Source of the DNA: a virus
Taxonomy: Duplodnaviria; Caudoviricetes
DNA: 40,105 nt
Direction: 5' to 3' (one strand)
Virus record (IMG/VR): IMGVR_UViG_3300025018_000270
Coordinates: 1 to 40,105 of that record
The notes under the pieces: model-generated
What the model was told of the DNA's origin: nothing
Databases searched by the model: none
What the model saw: the letters and a program-made list of their open reading frames with translations, nothing else
Translations under genes and position numbers: made by a program
Part shown: positions 1 through 6,898 of the stretch, in pieces
Layout of the letters: each line of letters starts with the position of its first letter
Position numbering within the stretch: position 1 is the stretch's first letter

Positions 1-144
1 ACCCGCGCATCGCCGGAGACCCGCGCATCGCCGGAGACCCGCGCATCGCCGGAGACCCGCGCATTGCCGGAGACCCGCGCATTGCCGGAGACCCGCGCAT
101 TGCCGGAGACCCGCGCATTGCCGGAGACCCACGCATTGCCGTAG
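1..144. repeat. 18-bp tandem repeat, 8 units (ACCCGCGCAT[C/T]GCCG[G/T]AG)
   Basis: 3x acccgcgcatcgccggag, 4x acccgcgcattgccggag, 1x acccacgcattgccgtag; encodes V[S/Y]G[D/N]A[R/W] on the minus strand. Confidence 0.98.
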
Positions 145-320
145 ACCGAAAGGCATTCTTCCTTTTCGATCCACCCGCCCAGCGTTCCGGCAACAATACC
201 TAACGCGGCAATATCGGCGGTCGAACGAATGCGATGCAGCGTTATGCCGAACCAGTCTTTAGTTTCGCCAGTAGCTTCGAACTTCGCGTTCGAGAATGCA
301 GGCTTTGCTTTCTTTTCCAT
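1..320 (-). CDS. Hexapeptide-repeat (left-handed beta-helix-like) phage protein, N-terminal part; runs off the left end
   Basis: Hand translation from ATG 320 (GGAG upstream): MEKKAKPAFSNAKFEATGETKDWFGITLHRIRSTADIAALGIVAGTLGGWIEKEECLSVYGNAWVSGNARV...; the LGGWIEKE..LS..GNAWV motif is typical of this phage family; absent from the ORF track. Confidence 0.88.
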   Translation of the reverse strand, partial: MEKKAKPAFSNAKFEATGETKDWFGITLHRIRSTADIAALGIVAGTLGGWIEKEECLSVYGNAWVSGNARVSGNARVSGNARVSGNARVSGDARVSGDARVSGDAR

Positions 321-378
321 CACACAAATCTCCAAACACACGCTGCAACCGCAGGCGCGACAAAAACACAGGCCACTG

Positions 379-657
379 TCACGCAGAGCGCCGCCATCGG
401 GCGGAATCCTTGTCAAAGTCCTTGGCCATACGGATTGCTCTGTCCCATGCGTCAAACACGCCGGCGATGCTGGTAGCGTTGACGCGGCCGATTTGCTTGC
501 TGTCGAGCGTCCGCTCTAGGATAACGCTCCAGCCTATCGCGCCGTCCAGCGCGCGAGGCAGGCTCTCGATTTGCGCGAGGCGCCAGCCGGGCAATGGGTA
601 TCCAGATATCCGCGTCTCGCTGATGGTCTGAATAACGGAGGTCTGTGTGTCACTCAT
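379..657 (-). CDS. Hypothetical protein (92 aa)
   Basis: MSDTQTSV...; start overlaps the end of the upstream small ORF; fits the packed leftward operon. Confidence 0.65.
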   Translation of the reverse strand: MSDTQTSVIQTISETRISGYPLPGWRLAQIESLPRALDGAIGWSVILERTLDSKQIGRVNATSIAGVFDAWDRAIRMAKDFDKDSARWRRSA

Positions 658-829
658 GGCGATAACCCTTTTTCCAGCATTCACGGCAAAAGCGCGGGCG
701 GCATGGCATTCGAGATCCGTCCGCTTGGGGATAGAGGTGAAGGCGCCGGATTACCGGCTGGCCTTCAACCCTGTCGTGATAATCGAGATCCTCGGTCGCG
801 GGGATCGGGGAGAGATAGGGCTCCGTCAT
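650..829 (-). CDS. Small Cys-rich hypothetical protein (59 aa)
   Basis: ATGA overlap with the clamp gene stop; MTEPYLSP...MPCRPRFCRECWKKGYRHE. Confidence 0.65.
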   Translation of the reverse strand: MTEPYLSPIPATEDLDYHDRVEGQPVIRRLHLYPQADGSRMPCRPRFCRECWKKGYRHE

Positions 830-2076
830 ACACGCATGGGCATAAGCACGGTGCGGAAGCCATTGCCCTCCGGCGATGTGATCCGCGTCGGGGCGCCTGC
901 ATCCATCGTCTCGATCAAGAGCGTCTCGCCCTCCGTCACCTCGCAAAGTTCTGCAAGATACCGGCCGTTAAAGCCGATCGTGAAGGGCTCCTTCACACTC
1001 GTTTCCGCCGGGATCCAGGTTGAGGCGGTGAGGATATCCTCGATGCCGGTGGCAGATACCCCCAGCTTCGGCCCGTTCGGGTCGAACGTGAGGCGGATCG
1101 CTTTGGTTTTTCCGCTGTCGGCGGCACTGATCAGGCGCACGGCGCGCGCAAGCTCCTTTCTGCTGACAAGCACGCGCTGATCCTGCTCTGCTGTCGGGAT
1201 AACGCGGCTATAGTCGGGGAACGTGCCATCGATGATCTTGGTCGCGATCGTCACCTTGATCCCGCTCCCGCGCATGGTGAAGGCAAAGGAGATGATTGTG
1301 CCGGCCGCCTGCGGGATGAGCGTCTTGTCGCTGTTCTCCTGCAAGCGCGGGGATATCCCCATGGTTACGCCTCCCTCGATCTTCGGCCGGAGCCGCGCAA
1401 GGAGATTGATCGCCTTGCGCGGGATGATCATGCCGCGCTCCTCGCTCCGCGCGCTGTTCGAGAATGGCAGGATCTTTGCCAGCACGTCGGCGCGTGGCGC
1501 TGCGATCGGCGAGACATAAAGCCGGCGGCCATCGGTCGAGACGGCGCGGAGCGAGTGGGTCGAGACGGTCGAGGGTTCGTCAACCGTGTGCAGATAGAGC
1601 CCGTTCAAGTAATAGCGGGTTTCATCGGTCGAGCATGCCCGGCTGGCGCGGAGCATATCGTCAATGTGATCGAGCGAGAGTTGCACCTCGTCCGCCTCAT
1701 TGCGCGTGGTCTGGATCCGCGGGAAGTCCTCATAGGGCAAATGCTTTACCTGGAGGTCGAGCCGGCCGGAGCGAAACGCGATCGCGGTCTTTTCCTTGTC
1801 GATCGTCGCTTTCTCGATCTCCACCATGCTGTCGCCAAGATTAAGCACGCGCGCGATGCGATCGGGCGCGCCGATCGTGATCGCCTCCAGCCCGCTCGCA
1901 TCCTCAACGCCGATCTCGGCGCGCACTTCCATATCGAGATCCGTGCCGATCAGGATCATGCCATGCACAAGTGGCATGATCGCCATGTTGCCAAGGATCG
2001 GGATCGTGTTGCGCTTCTCCATCACAAGCGATGCGATATTCATCGCCTGGGTGAGGCGCTGCCGGTCAACTTTCAT
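826..2076 (-). CDS. dnaN: DNA polymerase III beta sliding clamp (phage-encoded, 416 aa)
   Basis: KRNTIPILGN, GTDLDME, STDETRYYLNGLYL, VSTDGRRL, IDGTFPDYSRVIP, IGFNGRYL, C-terminal VLMPMRV; start re-called at ATG 2076 behind GAAGGAG. Confidence 0.95.
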   Translation of the reverse strand: MKVDRQRLTQAMNIASLVMEKRNTIPILGNMAIMPLVHGMILIGTDLDMEVRAEIGVEDASGLEAITIGAPDRIARVLNLGDSMVEIEKATIDKEKTAIAFRSGRLDLQVKHLPYEDFPRIQTTRNEADEVQLSLDHIDDMLRASRACSTDETRYYLNGLYLHTVDEPSTVSTHSLRAVSTDGRRLYVSPIAAPRADVLAKILPFSNSARSEERGMIIPRKAINLLARLRPKIEGGVTMGISPRLQENSDKTLIPQAAGTIISFAFTMRGSGIKVTIATKIIDGTFPDYSRVIPTAEQDQRVLVSRKELARAVRLISAADSGKTKAIRLTFDPNGPKLGVSATGIEDILTASTWIPAETSVKEPFTIGFNGRYLAELCEVTEGETLLIETMDAGAPTRITSPEGNGFRTVLMPMRV

Positions 2077-2077
2077 T

Positions 2078-2326
2078 CTATGCTCCTTCGTAAGCGCGGG
2101 CGTAGCACGTCGGGCAAAGATAGCCGCGCTGCCCCATGGGGTTAATCTTGGTGCGTTTCCATCCGGCGATGCGCGCGGCCTCGCGCGCCTTGCTGGATGC
2201 GGTGTCGAAGTCGCGCGCCTCGCCGCCGGGCGCTGCGGTCTGATGGGTGCGGCACCAGTTGGACGGCTTGCCTTCCTTCGTGCGGCCGCCCTCGGCATGG
2301 TCGCAAGTGATATAGATCTGGATCAT
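2078..2326 (-). CDS. Small putative Zn-binding protein
   Basis: CDH...C...CPTC; ATGA overlap with the upstream gene; abuts the clamp RBS. Confidence 0.75.
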   Translation of the reverse strand: MIQIYITCDHAEGGRTKEGKPSNWCRTHQTAAPGGEARDFDTASSKAREAARIAGWKRTKINPMGQRGYLCPTCYARAYEGA

Positions 2327-2535
2327 TCCTCGTCATCCTCGCGGATCGTGCAAACCGCGATCGGCACGCTCTCATATTCGCACCTGATCGGTGCGCCGCA
2401 TGCGGAGCATTCGGTGTCGTAGGACGTCTGATCGCTGTAGCAGCAAGGGGTTGTGAAGATTTCGACGTGCGGCGAATTAGTGCATCTATCCCCCGCTTTG
2501 GCGCTCATCGTGCCATAGGTCTTAGTCATCGGCAT
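2323..2535 (-). CDS. Small Zn-ribbon-like protein
   Basis: TPCC...ECSACGAPIRC; packed operon. Confidence 0.7.
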   Translation of the reverse strand: MPMTKTYGTMSAKAGDRCTNSPHVEIFTTPCCYSDQTSYDTECSACGAPIRCEYESVPIAVCTIREDDEE

Positions 2536-2674
2536 GATCCTCGCAATTGTCGTGAACGCCGCGCTCGCGCTCTCGCGGGGCGTGGATTGTCCGGTTGCAG
2601 ACTATGCAGCGCACGGCGCGCGTCTCCTTGTTCGGCACCGTCGCGCGGGGGAGATCGTCAAAGAGGCCGGACAT
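2522..2674 (-). CDS. Small Zn-finger-like protein (50 aa)
   Basis: MSGLFDDLP...RCIVCNRTI...GVHDNC; internal ATG of the track ORF 2522..2890. Confidence 0.65.
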   Translation of the reverse strand: MSGLFDDLPRATVPNKETRAVRCIVCNRTIHAPRERERGVHDNCEDHADD

Positions 2675-2912
2675 GCGAGCCGCTCCATGAACGCGCGAGG
2701 TGGAGTTGCTGCACAAGCCAATCGAAGGCAAGCGCCTTGTCTGTCTCGGAAAGCTGGTCGACGGGGATCCCGTAGATCGATCCGGTCGCGGCTGGCGCGC
2801 TGACAAAGGCGTGGCGCATGGTGCGCTTTGCTTGTTCGATCTCGCGCTCGCTGGGCTCTCGGATCCCAAGCGGTAGGGTGTCGTCACCATGGCATTGTGA
2901 TTTGTCGCTCAT
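2658..2912 (-). CDS. Hypothetical protein (84 aa)
   Basis: MSDKSQCHGDDTLPLG...; fills the gap between neighbours with short overlaps. Confidence 0.6.
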   Translation of the reverse strand: MSDKSQCHGDDTLPLGIREPSEREIEQAKRTMRHAFVSAPAATGSIYGIPVDQLSETDKALAFDWLVQQLHLARSWSGSHVRPL

Positions 2913-3294
2913 CGTCCGGTTTCCTTGTCGGCTGGGCCTTCGGTGTTGCTGCGGGTGGGGGTGCGGGAGGCGCGCTCGGCTGGGTCGCATTGGCTGCGCG
3001 CGCCCCCCTGATCCGCCCGCTCCACTTGGAGCAAGCGGGATCCATAGGGCGGATATCCGTCTCGCGGCCGCCCTTCCAATGCTCGCCGGATCTGGCGGTG
3101 CATTTGAAATAGGTCTGGCGGAAACGATACTCTCCGCAATAGGTGCAGGATCCGCATGTCTCCCCGACGGGGCCGGTGCCTGGCTTGTCTGCCCATCCGT
3201 GCCGCATTACCGGAGGGCTGCGCCGCCTGCCCTTGCGCAAGCGGCTGGCGGGAACCGCCTTGCCGCCCAGCATGTCGGGCTGCGTCTCGCTCAT
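2884..3294 (-). CDS. Cys-containing phage hypothetical protein (136 aa)
   Basis: PGTGPVGETCGSC...YFKC...TDIR...PACSKW motif set; ATGA overlap at 3291-3294; ends RQITMPW. Confidence 0.75.
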   Translation of the reverse strand: MSETQPDMLGGKAVPASRLRKGRRRSPPVMRHGWADKPGTGPVGETCGSCTYCGEYRFRQTYFKCTARSGEHWKGGRETDIRPMDPACSKWSGRIRGARAANATQPSAPPAPPPAATPKAQPTRKPDDERQITMPW

Positions 3295-3560
3295 TGCCAA
3301 TAAACCGCGATGATCACGGCGGCGATGAGGCAAAGGATCGCGGCGCCCATGCCGTAGGCAATGATGCACAATCGCGATCGATCTTCTCTGGCCTCAAGGA
3401 ACATGATCTCCTCCTTGAACATGAGATCCAGCTCCGGATCGCCGTCGCAAAGGATCCGCATCTCGGCCGCCGCGATCTCGCCAGAATAAAACTCATCGAT
3501 CACCATGCGGCGGTAGGCATAGAGATCGGGATCCGGCCGCGCGTTATCGGTCAAAGCCAT
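3291..3560 (-). CDS. Hypothetical membrane-anchored protein
   Basis: C-terminal hydrophobic stretch LCIIAYGMGAAILCLIAAVIIAVYW. Confidence 0.7.
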   Translation of the reverse strand: MALTDNARPDPDLYAYRRMVIDEFYSGEIAAAEMRILCDGDPELDLMFKEEIMFLEAREDRSRLCIIAYGMGAAILCLIAAVIIAVYWQ

Positions 3561-3670
3561 TTGGTCGGATCCTCATCTTTGATTTTCCCCTCGTGGGCCT
3601 GCAATGCGTGCCACGCCCAGACGTGCAGCAAGAGGCAGACGATCATGAGGATGATGGTCTCGGCGTCCAT
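3551..3670 (-). CDS. Small membrane peptide (39 aa)
   Basis: Hand translation MDAETIILMIVCLLLHVWAWHALQAHEGKIKDEDPTKWL; GGGAG upstream; fills the gap exactly. Confidence 0.55.
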   Translation of the reverse strand: MDAETIILMIVCLLLHVWAWHALQAHEGKIKDEDPTKWL

Positions 3671-3671
3671 G

Positions 3672-4061
3672 TCATGCACTCCCTGCGGCTGGCTTGCTGG
3701 CCATGTGCCAGGTATCGGCGATGAGCGTGCAGACTGCCGACTTGAGATCGGGGTTGTGCATCAACTCGTCCTGGAGCGGCTGGATCTTGTCCAGCGCCTC
3801 CTCGATCGAATTGGCGTCATGCCCGTGCTTGTAGGCAAGCTGCACCATTACGGAGCCGTCCGGCTGCGGGTGGCAAAAGAAACCTCCCTCCGCCTTGCGC
3901 CAGCGCGAGATCCAGTCGTTCGCCTCCGCAAGAGGGAAGGCGGGCGAATAGGTCGGACTCCGCGCCTGATCTGGAGGAGCGAGCGCGGAGCCCTGGGCGT
4001 CGGGCAATAGCGCGCGGGGGGTGCGCGGCAAGCCTTCGCCGTTCGGGTGTTTCTTCGTCAT
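3672..4061 (-). CDS. Hypothetical protein (129 aa)
   Basis: MTKKHPNG... behind AGGAGG RBS. Confidence 0.7.
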   Translation of the reverse strand: MTKKHPNGEGLPRTPRALLPDAQGSALAPPDQARSPTYSPAFPLAEANDWISRWRKAEGGFFCHPQPDGSVMVQLAYKHGHDANSIEEALDKIQPLQDELMHNPDLKSAVCTLIADTWHMASKPAAGSA

Positions 4062-4204
4062 GCTGCAATCCTCCTGTCGCTGCGGATCTCGCGCGCGGCA
4101 TCTTTCCAGCGCTGCTCGATCCGCACAATTGCCAGATGATCCTCGCGCGATGCGCAATGCTGGCATGGTTCGCGGTTGAAATAGGCGCGCTCTGCATAGG
4201 TCAC
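4058..4204 (-). CDS. Small CxxC protein (48 aa)
   Basis: Hand translation (GTG start) MTYAERAYFNREPCQHCASREDHLAIVRIEQRWKDAAREIRSDRRIAA; GTGA and ATGA overlaps at both ends. Confidence 0.6.
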   Translation of the reverse strand: MTYAERAYFNREPCQHCASREDHLAIVRIEQRWKDAAREIRSDRRIAA

Positions 4205-4452
4205 GGGCGCGCCCCTTTCCATGTCACCTCCCGCGCTGCGCGCGCGGTGCCAACCTTCTGATAGACGGCATAGGCTCGATCCTGCGGATCGGATAGCGCC
4301 ATCTCGCGCGCCATGTCGGTTGCCGGCCCTTCGGCTGGCATGTTAGCAACAACTGCAAAAGGGCTCTCGTCAGCGTCAAGCGGCGCGCCCTTTACCTCAA
4401 ACAGCACCACAAGATAGCGGCGCTCATCGTCCTGCTTCTGTTCCTCGGTCAT
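4201..4452 (-). CDS. Hypothetical protein (83 aa)
   Basis: GAGG RBS, ATGA overlap with the upstream gene. Confidence 0.75.
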   Translation of the reverse strand: MTEEQKQDDERRYLVVLFEVKGAPLDADESPFAVVANMPAEGPATDMAREMALSDPQDRAYAVYQKVGTARAAREVTWKGARP

Positions 4453-4682
4453 AGCGCACCTCGCGCGTTCTCAAAGATCACGGCCGCGGTGTTTTCCCAA
4501 GTCGCGCTGTCGAGCGTGTCGAGAGAGACACGATAATCGGCGCGCCGCCCATCGGCGTGCTGCGCGATTGCGATAAGGCAACCGCCGCGAAGTTCGGCCG
4601 TCATCTTGATCTCATCGGTCGAGAGGTCATCAACGCAATCCATGGCAACGATCAGCTTGTCCAATAGCGTCGGGCTGCTCAT
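4449..4682 (-). CDS. Hypothetical protein (77 aa)
   Basis: MSSPTLLDKL...; GGGAG RBS, ATGA overlap. Confidence 0.7.
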   Translation of the reverse strand: MSSPTLLDKLIVAMDCVDDLSTDEIKMTAELRGGCLIAIAQHADGRRADYRVSLDTLDSATWENTAAVIFENARGAL

Positions 4683-4933
4683 GCGATCTCTCCCATGGCG
4701 CGAGCGGTCTGCGGATCGACGCGAGGCTCGAACCGATTGCCGGAGAGATCGATCCAGCCGGAGCGGCACGCAAAGCGTGCACGCGAAAGGACGTGCGCCG
4801 GATACTGACGGCGCCGCTCGATCATGTTGGTGACTGCGGAAACCGCGGCAGCCGGGCCGCTCGCGATCGTGGTGACAAGTTCCGACGGCTCACCCGGAAG
4901 GGATGCCGTCACGGTGTAGTAGCTGATGGTCAT
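4679..4933 (-). CDS. First gene of the leftward early operon, hypothetical (84 aa)
   Basis: MTISYYTVTASLPGE... behind a strong GGAGGAG RBS. Confidence 0.75.
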   Translation of the reverse strand: MTISYYTVTASLPGEPSELVTTIASGPAAAVSAVTNMIERRRQYPAHVLSRARFACRSGWIDLSGNRFEPRVDPQTARAMGEIA

Positions 4934-4953
4934 AATGTCGCTCCTCCAAGATT

Positions 4954-4992
4954 GACAAGCCAAGGCATAAGGCGGGCGCGTGCCCGCGTCAA
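4954..4992 (-). promoter_or_regulatory. Candidate leftward sigma70-type promoter
   Basis: Minus strand TTGACG-N17-TATGCC just upstream of the 4933 RBS; shares TTATGnnTTGGCT(T)GTC with the rightward promoter. Confidence 0.6.
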
Positions 4993-5060
4993 TAGGGCTG
5001 CAACATTTATTATTACGCCATATTATTGACAGGAACGCATGGGGAACGGGCATTCGCCCA

Positions 5061-5099
5061 TTGACGGGTTCGCATTTGGGCGATTATGGATTGGCTGTC
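5061..5099 (+). promoter_or_regulatory. Candidate rightward sigma70-type promoter
   Basis: TTGACG-N17-TTATGGATTGGCTGTC upstream of ATG 5124; a further TTGACA at 5026 follows an AT-rich tract. Confidence 0.6.
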
Positions 5100-5123
5100 T
5101 CATAACAGGAAATCGGGCAACTC

Positions 5124-5444
5124 ATGGATCTCATTGGAAATCTGACCGTGCTGGTCGACCTGTGGGCCGGCGCGCACCGCGCGGCTGGCGCGAGTCGCGT
5201 ATCGCGCAAAACACTGGGCGCGCGGGTGCTGGATGATGCCAAGCTGTTCGATCGGCTGGAGGGTGGCGGCGCTCTGAACGTCCCAAGATTTGAACGGCTC
5301 ATCGATTATTTGTCTGAGCCTGGCAACTGGCCGGAGGGTGTCTTGCCGGAGATGGCGGAGCGGAGGCTAGCGGCAATGGGTGTTGCTGTGCCCGGCTGGC
5401 GCCTGGTGCTGGAGCGGGATCGTGTCGAGCGGGTCGAGGTGTAG
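5124..5444 (+). CDS. Cro-like HTH regulator of the alphaproteobacterial phage type
   Basis: SRKTLGARVLDDAKLFDRLEGGGALNVPRFERLIDYLS...NWPEG pattern; first gene after the divergent promoters. Confidence 0.7.
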   Translation: MDLIGNLTVLVDLWAGAHRAAGASRVSRKTLGARVLDDAKLFDRLEGGGALNVPRFERLIDYLSEPGNWPEGVLPEMAERRLAAMGVAVPGWRLVLERDRVERVEV

Positions 5445-5445
5445 C

Positions 5446-6408
5446 GTGCCAGGCGAGACAATCGATACCCAGGCAATCCGCGATCGCTATCGGATCTCCG
5501 ACGTTGCGGCGCGGCACACAAAGCTGACGCGCTCCGGCCGCGAGTTCAAGGGGCTCTGTCCGTTCCACCAGGAACGCTCTCCGTCGTTTTTCGTGGTCGA
5601 CACAAAGGGCTTTGCTCAATGCTTCGGGTGCGGCTGGAACGGGGACATAATCCGCTTCGTCATGCAAGCGGATGGGCTGTCTTTCGTCGATGCCTGCGCC
5701 GCCATTACCTCCGGAGATCTGCCGCTGGTCGATCAGCAAGCCTTGCGCAAGGCGCGCGAGGAGGATGAGGCGACAAAGCTGCGCGCGATCGAGCGCGCGG
5801 GCGAGATATGGCGCGGATCCGTGCCGCTCCGTGGCACGCTGGGCGAGCGATACCTCCTCTCTCGCGGGATCGAGGTCATGCCCAAGCGGTTCCGGTTCGC
5901 GGTGATCCCGTCCTGGTATGATGATGCAACCGGCGAATGCGGCCGCGATCGGCCGGCGGTCGTGTGCCTCATCACTGATGCGGCGGATAAGGGGATCGGG
6001 ATCCAGCGCATATTCCTCGCCGATGATGGCCTGGGCAAGGCTCCGGATATGAAGGTGCCCAAGCTGTCGTTCGGTCGCCCGGCTGGCGGCGCGATCAGGC
6101 TCGGCCGTATGGCTGGGGATCATGTCATCGTGGTCGAGGGGCCGGAGGATGGCGCGACGGTATCGATGATGCGGCCGGATCAACCCGTGTTCGTGTGCTG
6201 CGGGACGAGCATGATGCCGCTAGTCCAGTTCCCGCCGGAGATCCGGCGCGTCACTATCGGCGCGGATAACGGCAAGGCGGGCATGGCCGCCGCGCAAAAG
6301 GCGCGTGAGGCCTACATGGATAGAGGGCTGGAGGTGCGGACGGTCTATCCGGATCCGGCGTTCGCTGATTGGAATGATGAGTTGAGAGGAGTGAAAAGGA
6401 ATGTCTAG
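5446..6408 (+). CDS. DNA primase (CHC2 Zn finger + Toprim)
   Basis: GLCPFHQERSPSF...CFGCG...GDII; VVEGPEDG, GADN, DWND; start re-called at GTG 5446. Confidence 0.93.
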   Translation: MPGETIDTQAIRDRYRISDVAARHTKLTRSGREFKGLCPFHQERSPSFFVVDTKGFAQCFGCGWNGDIIRFVMQADGLSFVDACAAITSGDLPLVDQQALRKAREEDEATKLRAIERAGEIWRGSVPLRGTLGERYLLSRGIEVMPKRFRFAVIPSWYDDATGECGRDRPAVVCLITDAADKGIGIQRIFLADDGLGKAPDMKVPKLSFGRPAGGAIRLGRMAGDHVIVVEGPEDGATVSMMRPDQPVFVCCGTSMMPLVQFPPEIRRVTIGADNGKAGMAAAQKAREAYMDRGLEVRTVYPDPAFADWNDELRGVKRNV

Positions 6409-6898
6409 TTTTCAATCAAGAAGCGGGTCAACGCGAGATGATTGGCAGACGCCTATGGGAATAATTGAAGCGCTCGGCCCGTTTGACTTAGATGTGGCAG
6501 CAAATTGCGAGGTTCCTAATAGATGCGCACGTCGCGGCCTCACGCTGGAGGATGATTGTTTAACTGCGTCTTGGGGGTGCGCCTTTGTCTGGTGCAATCC
6601 GCCCTATGGTGGGGCGGCAAAACTTTGGCTCGCGCGGATGGCCGATCATGGGAACGGGATTGCTCTTGTACCGCCCAGGATGGGGGCAAAATGGTTTCAG
6701 GATATCGTGCTAGATACGGCGGATACGTTGCTTTTCATGCGTGGTCGGGTGTCATTTATCAATGCAGCAACAGGCTTGCCCGCCGGAGGAAATAATGCGG
6801 ATAGCGTGCTCATAGGGTGGGGTGAAACTGCATCCGTACGGCTAACGTCGTGCGCAATTAAGGGTAAGATCTGGAGGGCTCGCGGTCAGTGAGAGGAG
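6383..6898. repeat. 9-bp direct repeats TGAGAGGAG (6383-6391 and 6890-6898) flanking the MTase gene
   Basis: Exact copies 507 bp (169 codons) apart, in the same codon phase in the primase and DUF3987 genes. Confidence 0.8.
6401..6892 (+). CDS. dam: Phage DNA N6-adenine methyltransferase (Dam family, PF05869-like)
   Basis: DDWQTP, FDLDVAA, VWCNPPY, GIALV, RGRVSF; visibly more AT-rich with atypical codons (ATA, TTA, CTA, AGA). Confidence 0.9.
   Translation: MSSFQSRSGSTRDDWQTPMGIIEALGPFDLDVAANCEVPNRCARRGLTLEDDCLTASWGCAFVWCNPPYGGAAKLWLARMADHGNGIALVPPRMGAKWFQDIVLDTADTLLFMRGRVSFINAATGLPAGGNNADSVLIGWGETASVRLTSCAIKGKIWRARGQ

Noticed and set aside
1-144. Terminal 18-bp repeats as a CRISPR array, telomere or phage direct terminal repeats
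   Set aside because: There are no spacers, the units are in-frame codons of a gene crossing the break, and the two ends carry different variants (S versus Y), so this is an assembly break within a coding tandem repeat
826-2076. dnaN (and gapR) as flanking host chromosome, i.e. a prophage boundary
   Set aside because: Both are embedded in and closely packed with small phage genes, with no dnaA/recF/gyrB context, att site or integrase
2077-2298. 74-aa N-terminal extension of DnaN in the ORF track
   Set aside because: It overlaps the 2078..2326 gene; the RBS and DnaN similarity begin at ATG 2076
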